From Thermoleophilia bacterium (GTDB taxonomy: Bacteria > Actinomycetota > Thermoleophilia > BMS3ABIN01), in the NCBI GenBank assembly GCA_014859345.1, contig JACUUL010000002.1:391-64390 (forward strand): a stretch of DNA of 64,000 nucleotides. The letters run 5' to 3'. The position numbers were made by a program, and so were the translations under genes. Every line of letters starts with the position of its first letter. The stretch's first letter is position 1. Of the stretch, positions 40,422-49,100 are shown piece by piece. The notes under the pieces were generated by a model. The model had not been told where the DNA came from, ran no database searches, and saw nothing but the letters and a program-made list of their open reading frames with translations.

Positions 40422-42112
40422 GAGATACTCCAGGATGGGGCACTGGCGGCATTCTCGAGCAGGCTGGCAGCGTGGGCCCGGGCCTTTTTGTCCGCGGGTT
40501 TCGAGCCCATCATGCGGCAAAGCTCATCGATGATTTCCTCACCTTCGAGCCGGTTCACCCTGGTGGCTGTTTCTTCCAGTCCGCTTTCCTTGACAACTGA
40601 AAGGTGCGCGTCCGCGAAACACGCTATCTGGGGCAGGTGGGTGATGCATACTACCTGCGACCCCGCCGCCAGGCTCTTGAGCTTCGCACCCACCGCCAGG
40701 CCCGTCTCGCCGCCGATCCCCGCGTCAATCTCGTCAAAAACCAGAGTGGCCGCATCGCTTTCAGATGATGCCGAACTCTTGATGGCCAGCATAATACGAG
40801 AGAGTTCGCCGCCGGAAGCGGATTCCCTTACGGGCGAGGCTGGCATTCCGGGATTTGGGCTGACCAGGAACTCGACGGCGTCGGCTCCTGTGCTGACGGG
40901 GATATCCACCGGAGACAGGCGAACCCGGAAGTCGCACCGGTTGAAAGCGAGGTCGGCAAGATGTTTCATTGTTTCTCTCTCCAGATGGCCGCTTGCTTCG
41001 TTCCGCATCCCCCGGAGCTTTTGCGCCAGCGCCGCCATCTCCTGCTCAATTCCCGACAAATCCGCTTCCATCAGGGACTTGGCCCGGCCGTCATCAGTCA
41101 AACGCGCGAGCCGCTCGCTGGCTTTTTTCGCGAATTCGTTTATCTCCTCGATGCTGGCGCCGAACTTGCGCTTTAGCCGGCTGATCAGGTCCAGCCTCTC
41201 CTCCGTTTCCTGAAGGCGACCGGGGTCTCTGTGGACCGTCTCGCTGTACGAGCGGGCAAAACGGCCTATTTCTTCAAGTTCATAGAACCCTGCCGTCAGC
41301 CTCTCGGCCATACTGTCAAGCTCCGTGTCGATGCCCCTTGACTTGTCGAGGCGGGACATTGCCGCCGCCAGCGCATCCAGGAAACCATCGCCGCTTTCAT
41401 CCCGTCCCAGCAAGACGGCCAATCCGGCGGCGGCTTCTCCGAGCTCCTCCGCGGCCAGCAGCTTCTGACGCCGGGCCTCGAGCTCGGCATCCTCCCCGGG
41501 AACAAGGGCAGCCGATTCTATCTCAGCCACCTGAAAAGACAGCAGTTCGGCCTCCCGTTCCCCGGCTTCTGCGCTTCTGGCAAGCTCCTCGAGCCGGGCT
41601 GCCAATTCATGGCGCCGTTTGTATAGAGTCTCATGCCGCTCCCGTGTCCCAAGCAGCTGCGGGCCGGCAAAAGCATCCAGGATATCCAGCTGCCTGGATG
41701 CCATCATCAAACGCCTGTGTTCGTGCTGGGCGGAAAAAGCCAGCAGGCGGCCGGTGACCTGCTCCAGGACGGCAAGCGTAGTTGCCCGACCGCCGATATA
41801 AGCCCGGCTATGTCCTTCCCGGCTGAGCCGGCGCCTCACGATCAGCTCTTCATCATCGGGGATGTCGAACACGCCCCCGATGTCGCTGAAAAAATCCGGC
41901 GGCACTTTGAAGATAGCTTCCACGGAGGCCTCGTCTGCGCCCGGCCTGATCAGGCTGCCGCCGGCGCGCGTGCCCAGAATAAGGGAGATGGCATGGGCCA
42001 GAATGGTCTTGCCGGCGCCGGTCTCGCCCGTGATCACATTAAGACCCCTTGACAGGACAAGGTCTGCCCGGGAAATCACAGCCAGGTTTTCGATTCTCAA
42101 CTCCGACAGCAT
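40418..42112 (-). CDS. recN: DNA repair protein RecN
   Basis: MLSELRIENLAVI, Walker A TGETGAGKT, ASGGELSRIMLA, LVFDEIDAGIGG, CITHLPQIA. Confidence 0.95.
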   Translation of the reverse strand: MLSELRIENLAVISRADLVLSRGLNVITGETGAGKTILAHAISLILGTRAGGSLIRPGADEASVEAIFKVPPDFFSDIGGVFDIPDDEELIVRRRLSREGHSRAYIGGRATTLAVLEQVTGRLLAFSAQHEHRRLMMASRQLDILDAFAGPQLLGTRERHETLYKRRHELAARLEELARSAEAGEREAELLSFQVAEIESAALVPGEDAELEARRQKLLAAEELGEAAAGLAVLLGRDESGDGFLDALAAAMSRLDKSRGIDTELDSMAERLTAGFYELEEIGRFARSYSETVHRDPGRLQETEERLDLISRLKRKFGASIEEINEFAKKASERLARLTDDGRAKSLMEADLSGIEQEMAALAQKLRGMRNEASGHLERETMKHLADLAFNRCDFRVRLSPVDIPVSTGADAVEFLVSPNPGMPASPVRESASGGELSRIMLAIKSSASSESDAATLVFDEIDAGIGGETGLAVGAKLKSLAAGSQVVCITHLPQIACFADAHLSVVKESGLEETATRVNRLEGEEIIDELCRMMGSKPADKKARAHAASLLENAASAPSWSIS

Positions 42113-42195
42113 GGAAAACCAGTTTCCAGTCTCCGGGTTCCAGATCCATGAACCGGGCATCAACCCTCCCATACCGGAACATGAAAACCCGCAAA

Positions 42196-43047
42196 CTATT
42201 GTTTTATGAACCTGTCCCGCAATTTCTTGAAGAAATCAGCGCCGGTCACCTGCACCAGCCGGGCCTTGTCTTCGGCTAAAACCACGGTGATGCTTCCTTC
42301 GGGCTCGAGCCCTGATTCCTCCCGTCCGTCGACATAGATATCTGCCTGGGATCCGATCGACCGGTTTGTGATGGTGACACTCTCCCCCGGCCCCAGCACG
42401 AGAGCCCTTACCCTTAGCGTATGCGGCGCGATGGCGGTAAGGATAAAGGCATCCAGACCCAGAGACACCAGAGGGCCGCCCGTTGATAAATTATAGGCGG
42501 TGGAGCCCGCCGGCGTGGAGATCACTATACCGTCGCATCTTAGCGTATCCATCTCCACCCCATCCACCCCATAACCCAGATTGACCACGGAGCCCCCGGC
42601 GGGCTTGTGCACTACTACATCATTGATCGCCAGGTGACGGTGCCCGGCGTGGGAAAATTCCAGCAGGCTCAGATCCACCTTCTCGTAGTGCCCTTCCATT
42701 ATTCTTCTGAGGATGGTGGGGATTTCTTCCGGGTTTATGCCGGACAGGAAACCGATGCGGCCGAAGTTGACGCCCAGAATCGGCATCTTCATATCGCGGA
42801 AGCGGTTAAAAGCCCTGAGGATGGTGCCATCCCCGCCCAGCGCCAGGCACATCTCCACGTCTGTGCCTTCGAGGTCGGGGACCACCGAGGCCAATCCGTC
42901 CCGGCCGGCCTGAGGAAACTTGGCTACTTCGCTTTCGGGAAGGACTACCTCGATCCCCATCTCCCGGCTCAGATTGAGAACTTCCATCAGCGCCGGGCTG
43001 GTGGCGTCCGAACGCCGGTGAGTGATGACTGCGATTTTTCTGACCAG
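42196..43047 (-). CDS. nadK: NAD(+) kinase
   Basis: LGGDGTILRA, GVNFGRIGFL, AINDVV, STPAGSTAYNLSTGGP; start placed at CTG 43047 after AAGGAG. Confidence 0.92.
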   Translation of the reverse strand: MVRKIAVITHRRSDATSPALMEVLNLSREMGIEVVLPESEVAKFPQAGRDGLASVVPDLEGTDVEMCLALGGDGTILRAFNRFRDMKMPILGVNFGRIGFLSGINPEEIPTILRRIMEGHYEKVDLSLLEFSHAGHRHLAINDVVVHKPAGGSVVNLGYGVDGVEMDTLRCDGIVISTPAGSTAYNLSTGGPLVSLGLDAFILTAIAPHTLRVRALVLGPGESVTITNRSIGSQADIYVDGREESGLEPEGSITVVLAEDKARLVQVTGADFFKKLRDRFIKQ

Positions 43048-43083
43048 CTGTGGCTCCTTGAAATTTCGCTACTACTACGCCGC

Positions 43084-43986
43084 CTACGAAACCAGGCGGC
43101 CTCCCAGCGCTTCCATTGCCCGGCTGATCACCTCATCGACAACCTGCTCCTTGTCCACCCCCGGCACAGACCTCGCCTCAGCCTGCGCCACAGCGCTCCG
43201 CCCGTCGATCATGTACATCAGGTACTCGATGTTCCCCTTGGGCCCGCGAACCGGGGACTCGACCAGGCCTCGGATCGTGATTTCCATATCGCTGAAATGG
43301 TCCCAAAGGCTAAGAAGCACCTGCCGGTGCACCCGCGGATCGCGCACCACGCCGCCCTTGCCAACCTTTTCCCGGCCGGCTTCGAACTGAGGTTTCACCA
43401 GGGCAACCATCTCAAATCCGTGACGGAGACATTTTATCACAGCCGGCAAAGCTTTCTTCAAGGAGATGAAGGAAAGGTCCAGGCTGGCCACTTCGGGAAG
43501 CTCTGACAGGTCTTCGCACTCGAGGTATCTTATGTTCGTGCGTTCCAGGACCTGCACGCGGGGATCCTGTCTCAGGCGCCAGTCCAGCTGGCCATATCCG
43601 ACATCGATGGCAATAACCCTGGACACGCCGTTCTGAAGCAGGCAGTCGGTAAATCCGCCGGTGGAGGCACCCGCGTCCAGCGCCACCCGGCCGGCCCAGT
43701 TGAGATCGAAGGCGTCAAAAGCCCGCTCCAGTTTGTAGCCGCCCCGGGATACGTACACCGGATCTTCCACCACCTCGACGTTGACGTCAGGCGGCACCTG
43801 CCGGCCGGCTTTATGCTCCACGTTCCCGTCCACGAGCACCAGGCCCGCCAGGACCGCGGCGGCTGCCCGAGAACGGTTGTCGAAGTAACCCCTCTGTACC
43901 AGGATCGTGTCAAGCCGGTGCCTGGATTTGCGGACGGGGTGCCTGGGTGGAGTTATCCTTCCCGGCTTCTGAGGCTTTTTTTTCAA
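43084..43986 (-). CDS. tlyA: TlyA family rRNA 2'-O-methyltransferase
   Basis: S4 domain RLD.ILVQRG, YVSRGGYKL, DAGASTGGFTDCLLQ, DLSFISL, LVKPQFEAGR, GPKGNIEY. Confidence 0.95.
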   Translation of the reverse strand: MKKKPQKPGRITPPRHPVRKSRHRLDTILVQRGYFDNRSRAAAAVLAGLVLVDGNVEHKAGRQVPPDVNVEVVEDPVYVSRGGYKLERAFDAFDLNWAGRVALDAGASTGGFTDCLLQNGVSRVIAIDVGYGQLDWRLRQDPRVQVLERTNIRYLECEDLSELPEVASLDLSFISLKKALPAVIKCLRHGFEMVALVKPQFEAGREKVGKGGVVRDPRVHRQVLLSLWDHFSDMEITIRGLVESPVRGPKGNIEYLMYMIDGRSAVAQAEARSVPGVDKEQVVDEVISRAMEALGGRLVS

Positions 43987-44052
43987 GTCATCTCCTGCGG
44001 GATGGTCAGACCTGCGGATCCGTTTTGGCTCCCTGGAGAGACAGTTACCCTT

Positions 44053-45996
44053 TTATTCCTCTCCTGACACCAGCTTTCTGCCGGCGGGTATGACCTTTTC
44101 TATCAGCAGGCGATCACGAACGTATCCGGCTACGCCTTCGGGTGTAAGGCCAATGCCGCGCAACAGTTTGGCTCGGTTGCCGTGCGGGACGAAGGCGTCG
44201 GGGATGGCAAAGCTCCTTACGGGAATTCCAGGGTGCCGGGCCGAAAGCAGCTCTCGCACAGCCACGCCGAAGCCGCCCATGGCGGTCCCTTCTTCCACAG
44301 TCACTATAAGTTCATGCTCTGCAGCCAGGTCGAGAATCAGGCTGTCATCCAGTGGTTTTAGGAAGCGGGCGTTGACCACAGTGGGCCTTAGACCATGCCG
44401 CTCCGCCAGCAGCCGCGCCGCCCGCATGCATATCCCCACGCCCGTTCCGATCCCCAGAAGAAGCGCTCCTTCCCCCTGGTCCAGAATCTCCCCCTTGCCG
44501 GTGGGCAATATCTCATAACGCTCCGGCATCGCCACGCCCCGTCCCGCCATCCGGGGATAACGCACCGCGGCCGGACGGCCCAGATCGATGGCCGTGTAAA
44601 TCATGTGCTGCAGTTCCGCCTCGTCCCGGGGAGCCATCACGGTCAGGCCGGGAACCAGACGCAGATAGGCCAGGTCGAAGACCCCGTGATGTGTGGGGCC
44701 GTCATCCCCGACCAGTCCGGCCCGGTCCAGCGCCAACACGACCGGCAGCTCCTGAAGGGCGATGTCCTGGATGAGCATGTCAAAGGCGCGCTGCAGGAAA
44801 GTCGAGTAAATGGCCACCACGGGCTTGTAACCGCCGATTGCCAGGCCGGCGGCGAAGGTGACGGCATGCTCTTCGGCGATGCCCACGTCAAAAAACCTTT
44901 CCGGGTGCTGCTTCTCGAAGTGATAAAGTCCGGTGCCGCTTGACATGGCGGCGGTGATGGCGACAATTTTTTCGTCATCGGCCGCCATCCGGGCCAGACC
45001 CTGGCCGAATGCCTCCGTATATGTGATCGGCCCCGGTTTCCGGATTGCCTTTCCGGTGCTGATCTGAAACGGAGCGATGCCGTGAAAAGTGTCGGGACGG
45101 GCTTCGGCCGGCTCATATCCCTTTCCCTTGGTTGTCTTGATGTGGATGAGCACCGGCCGCTCTATCTCCATGGCAGCCCGGATGCTTTTGCGCAGTGACT
45201 TGATATCGTGGCCATCGACGATGCCGATGTAGGCGAAACCCATCTCTTCGAACAGCATGCCGGGCACCAGGAAAGCCTTCATGCTCTCCTTGAGCGAGCG
45301 GCCGGCCCTGCTCAGGCCCGGGATCTTCTCGAGGCCGTGCTCAAATTCTTCCCTGAGCCTGTAGAGAGTGGGATCGAGCCGAAGCCGGTTAAGATACTGG
45401 GAGATGGCGCCCACATTTGGCTTGATGGACATCTGGTTGTCGTTGAGGATAACCATAAGCGGCGTCTTGAGATGGCCCGCCTGGTTCATGGCTTCGTACG
45501 CGATGCCGCCGGTAAGCGCCCCGTCGCCGATCACGACCGCCACATGCCGCCTCTCGCCGTCTTCGGCTTCACCGCCTGCCGCGGTATCGTCCGCGGACGA
45601 CAGCCGGATCGCTTCCTTGATGCCCACCCCATAACTTATCGATGTGGAGCTATGGCCGGTTCCGACAATATCATGGGGAGATTCGCCCGGGTGGGGAAAT
45701 CCTGAGAGCCCGCCATGCTGGCGGATGGTGTGGAACTCATGGGCGCGCCCGGTAATTATCTTGTGAGCGTAACACTGATGCCCAACATCCCAGATTATTC
45801 TGTCGCGGGGACTGTCCAGCACGCTGTGCAGCGCCAGGGTCAGCTCCACGACCCCCAGGCTGGGAGCCAGATGGCCTCCCACCTTGGAGACGGCATTCAC
45901 CATAAAAGCGCGGATCTCGTCCGCGAGCAGGCCCAGCTCATGATCGTTGAGGCGTTTCAGGCCGGCGGGAGATTTGACTTGTTCCAGAAGTGACAC
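44053..45996 (-). CDS. dxs: 1-deoxy-D-xylulose-5-phosphate synthase
   Basis: GGHLAPSLGVVEL, WDVGHQCYAHK, GDGALTGG, FDVGIAEEHA, DRAGLVGDDGPTHHG; GTG start near 45996. Confidence 0.96.
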   Translation of the reverse strand: MSLLEQVKSPAGLKRLNDHELGLLADEIRAFMVNAVSKVGGHLAPSLGVVELTLALHSVLDSPRDRIIWDVGHQCYAHKIITGRAHEFHTIRQHGGLSGFPHPGESPHDIVGTGHSSTSISYGVGIKEAIRLSSADDTAAGGEAEDGERRHVAVVIGDGALTGGIAYEAMNQAGHLKTPLMVILNDNQMSIKPNVGAISQYLNRLRLDPTLYRLREEFEHGLEKIPGLSRAGRSLKESMKAFLVPGMLFEEMGFAYIGIVDGHDIKSLRKSIRAAMEIERPVLIHIKTTKGKGYEPAEARPDTFHGIAPFQISTGKAIRKPGPITYTEAFGQGLARMAADDEKIVAITAAMSSGTGLYHFEKQHPERFFDVGIAEEHAVTFAAGLAIGGYKPVVAIYSTFLQRAFDMLIQDIALQELPVVLALDRAGLVGDDGPTHHGVFDLAYLRLVPGLTVMAPRDEAELQHMIYTAIDLGRPAAVRYPRMAGRGVAMPERYEILPTGKGEILDQGEGALLLGIGTGVGICMRAARLLAERHGLRPTVVNARFLKPLDDSLILDLAAEHELIVTVEEGTAMGGFGVAVRELLSARHPGIPVRSFAIPDAFVPHGNRAKLLRGIGLTPEGVAGYVRDRLLIEKVIPAGRKLVSGEE

Positions 45997-45997
45997 T

Positions 45998-46891
45998 TTA
46001 TCTATGCCGTTCGTATATGTATCTGGTGATTCCGGCGAGGACCTCGGTGTTGCCTTCGTCATCCTCAAGGGCGGCAATCGCCCTGTCCCTGGCGTCCCGG
46101 GCCAGACGCTCCGATTGATCGAGTCCGTAGACGCTCACGCAGGTCCGCCTCATGAGACGCTCATCGGTCCCTGCTTTCTTTCCGAGCACAGCGGTTTCTC
46201 CGACGACGTCCAAAATATCGTCTTTAATCTGGAATAGCAAACCGATCTCCGCAGAGAAACGGCGAAGTTTTTTTAACTGAGGCGCGGATGCTCCGGCCAG
46301 CAGGCCGCCACATTGGACACATGCCATAATCAGCCTGCCCGTTTTGAGAAAATGCAGGCGGCTAAGAGACTCCGCCTCCGGGCCGTTCGCCGCTTCCGCT
46401 TCTGTGCCGGTGATGCCGGCCACGTCCAGGTACTGGCCGCCGACCATGCCCTTGACGCCGGTGGCTGTGGCTATCTCGCCAATGACTTCCAGAAGAACCG
46501 CTGGCTCGGCCTCCTGCTTCCGGCTGATCAGCCTCAGAGCCTCCGCGAACAAGGCGTCGCCGGCGAGAATGGCCACGTTCTCCGCGTATCTCACGTGGCA
46601 GCTGGGCTGGCCGCGCCTGAGATCATCGTCATCGAAAGCCGGCAGGTCGTCATGGATGAGTGAATAAGTATGGATCATCTCTATCGCTGCTGCGGTGGGC
46701 AGCAGCCGCGAGGGATCGGCTCCGAATACCTGCCCGGTAGCAATCAAAAGCACCGGACGGATGCGCTTGCCGCCTGCCAGCAGCGAATAACTCATGGCCT
46801 CGGTAAGCAGGGAGACCGAAGCGTCCTCGCCATAACCGAGGCCGGCGAGGTATTCGTCGAGAAGAACGGTGAGATGTTCAGGATAGGTCAA
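45998..46891 (-). CDS. ispA: Polyprenyl (farnesyl/geranyl) diphosphate synthase
   Basis: GGKRIRP, EMIHTYSLIHDDLPAFDDDDLRRG, GMVGGQYLD, KTG, FQIKDDILD. Confidence 0.93.
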   Translation of the reverse strand: MTYPEHLTVLLDEYLAGLGYGEDASVSLLTEAMSYSLLAGGKRIRPVLLIATGQVFGADPSRLLPTAAAIEMIHTYSLIHDDLPAFDDDDLRRGQPSCHVRYAENVAILAGDALFAEALRLISRKQEAEPAVLLEVIGEIATATGVKGMVGGQYLDVAGITGTEAEAANGPEAESLSRLHFLKTGRLIMACVQCGGLLAGASAPQLKKLRRFSAEIGLLFQIKDDILDVVGETAVLGKKAGTDERLMRRTCVSVYGLDQSERLARDARDRAIAALEDDEGNTEVLAGITRYIYERHR

Positions 46892-47279
46892 GAGTTCTTT
46901 GCCCGCTCTCCCCTTCGCCCTCTTCCTCGTCTTCGCGGCCCGGTGAGCCGTAAACCACATCCTGGACCGCCCGGTCAAGCTTCCGGGAGCAGGCTATGGC
47001 CAGCTCGTTGGCTTCGGATATGAGCCTGACCGACTCTTTCCAATCGGTGTCGCCGGCTTCAAGCCGGCTGACGATGGCTTCCATGTGTCCGATCGACTGG
47101 TTCAGATCTTCGAGGGTGGATTTAAGGACGTCGCCCAGGGGGACTTCGGCGTGCTTTCCGGCAGAAGATCCGGCTTTTTCCTTTTCTAAAGGGCTTTCCA
47201 CAAAGGTTCCCTCTTCTGAAGCAGTTTCTTCGAGGTTTGAATTTTCGGGCAATTTATCGGCGATGATTTCTCGATTCAA
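46878..47279 (-). CDS. xseB: Exodeoxyribonuclease VII small subunit-like protein with acidic N-terminal extension
   Basis: LNQSIGHMEAIVSRLEAGDTDWKESVRLISEANELAIACSRKLDRA resembles the XseB helical pattern; nusB-xseB-ispA synteny. Confidence 0.65.
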   Translation of the reverse strand: MNREIIADKLPENSNLEETASEEGTFVESPLEKEKAGSSAGKHAEVPLGDVLKSTLEDLNQSIGHMEAIVSRLEAGDTDWKESVRLISEANELAIACSRKLDRAVQDVVYGSPGREDEEEGEGESGQRTLDLS

Positions 47280-47710
47280 TTGTCGTCTTCAGGGGCGCCC
47301 CGTTCTTCCTCGGCCACTTTCCCCAGGATTCCGTTGATCAGCGCCGCCGCCTCGCGCGAGCAGAAACGCTTGGACAGCCGCACGGCCTCGTCGATACTCA
47401 CTTCCACCGGGATATCCCCGCGCTTTCTGATCTCGTAAAGCCCGATCCGGAGGATGTTTCTCTCCAGGGCCGCCATCCGATGGGCCGGCCAGCCGATCGC
47501 ATGAACGTCGATCTCGGCATCCAGTTCACCCACATCCGCCAGCACCCCTTCGACCACATCCCGGGTAAAAGCGGAGGCCTCATGGCCGCGTTCCTTCCTG
47601 AGGCTATTATACAACTCTTCCGGCGCCGCGCCGGTGATGTCATGTTGATACAAAACCACCATCGCGTCGCGCCTGGCCTGCCGGCGGGATATGGTATGAG
47701 CCTCGTCCAT
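47276..47710 (-). CDS. nusB: Transcription antitermination factor NusB
   Basis: RRQAR..A...LYQ, W...RMAALERNILR, VSIDEAVRLSKRF, INGILG. Confidence 0.95.
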   Translation of the reverse strand: MDEAHTISRRQARRDAMVVLYQHDITGAAPEELYNSLRKERGHEASAFTRDVVEGVLADVGELDAEIDVHAIGWPAHRMAALERNILRIGLYEIRKRGDIPVEVSIDEAVRLSKRFCSREAAALINGILGKVAEEERGAPEDDN

Positions 47711-47720
47711 GGTTGCGCGT

Positions 47721-49100
47721 TTAAATATTCAGCCTCTCCGCGTTCTCCTCAATAAACGCCGTGGTGTACCTGCCTTCAAGGAAGTCCGGGATGCCAAGAA
47801 TATCCTTGTGAAGATCCTTGTTCGTGATCAGGCCCTCGATGACGTATTCATCCAGAGCCCTGGCAGCCCGCCGGATCGCCGCGGGCCGGTCAATGTCCCA
47901 GACGATTAGCTTCGTCAGCAGCGAGTCGTAAAATACAGGCACCGTGTAACCTTCATAGAGATGTGAATCTATCCGGATGCCTGGCCCGCCGGGCGGCACG
48001 TAACGCGTGACGGTGCCTGTATTGGGGCGGAAATCGTTGGCCGGGTCCTCGGCGTTAATCCGCAGTTCGATAGCATGCCCCCGCGGCTGGATGGGTCCGG
48101 TAATCGGCAGGAGGTCGCCTCGTGCCACCTTGATCTGCTCGCGAACTATGTCAACGCCCGTGACCATCTCCGAGACCGGATGCTCCACCTGCACCCGGGT
48201 ATTCATCTCCATAAAATAAAAATTTCTATCTTCATCGACCAGGAACTCGATGGTGCCGGCGTTCTCGTAACCGCTGGCGCGACAGGCGGCGATGGCTGCT
48301 TCGGCCATCTTCTGCCGGGTATCCCAGTCGAGATGCGGAGAGGGTGATTCCTCGATCAGCTTCTGGTGGCGGCGCTGAACCGAACAGTCGCGTTCTCCCA
48401 GGGTCAGCACGGACCCTGCCTTGTCCACGATCACCTGAATTTCTATGTGATGCGGGCCCTTGATGGCTTTCTCGAGATAGAGAGCGCCATTGCCGAAGGC
48501 GCTTTCCGCCTCGCTTCTGGCCATCTGGAACATGCTGTCGATATCTGCCTCCGATTCTGCCAGGCGCATTCCGCGCCCGCCGCCGCCAGCCGCAGCCTTT
48601 ATCATCACCGGATACCCGAACTCATCGGCCATTTTACGGGCGTCAGAAACGGATACCACCTCGCCGTTGGAACCTGGAATAACCGGGATCATTCCTTTAT
48701 GCATTATCTGCTTTGCCAGTGACTTGTTGCCCATGCGGCGCATGATATCGGCTCCGGGCCCGATGAAAACCATGTCGCTGTCCTCACAGGCCGTTACGAA
48801 ATCAGGGTTCTCAGCCAGAAAACCGTAGCCGGGATGGATGGCGTCGCAGCCGGTTATCTCGGCGGCGCCGATGATGGCGGGAATCCGCAGATAGCTGTCG
48901 ATCACCGGCCCGGGTCCGATACAGACGGTTTCATCGGCTTCGCGCACGTGCAACGACGAGGAGTCGGCCTCTGAGTAGACGGAAACGCAGGGGATATCCA
49001 GCTCACGGCAGGCGCGAATCACGCGCAGCGCCACCTCTCCCCTGTTTGCTATGAGAATCTTGGCGAACAAGGTTTTATTCGACGTCGCCAACCCGTTCAA
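47721..49100 (-). CDS. accC: Biotin carboxylase
   Basis: KILIANRGEVALR, AIHPGYGFLAEN, KAAAGGGGRGMR, RDCSVQRRHQK, FMEMNTRVQVEHPV, RINAEDP. Confidence 0.95.
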   Translation of the reverse strand: MNGLATSNKTLFAKILIANRGEVALRVIRACRELDIPCVSVYSEADSSSLHVREADETVCIGPGPVIDSYLRIPAIIGAAEITGCDAIHPGYGFLAENPDFVTACEDSDMVFIGPGADIMRRMGNKSLAKQIMHKGMIPVIPGSNGEVVSVSDARKMADEFGYPVMIKAAAGGGGRGMRLAESEADIDSMFQMARSEAESAFGNGALYLEKAIKGPHHIEIQVIVDKAGSVLTLGERDCSVQRRHQKLIEESPSPHLDWDTRQKMAEAAIAACRASGYENAGTIEFLVDEDRNFYFMEMNTRVQVEHPVSEMVTGVDIVREQIKVARGDLLPITGPIQPRGHAIELRINAEDPANDFRPNTGTVTRYVPPGGPGIRIDSHLYEGYTVPVFYDSLLTKLIVWDIDRPAAIRRAARALDEYVIEGLITNKDLHKDILGIPDFLEGRYTTAFIEENAERLNI

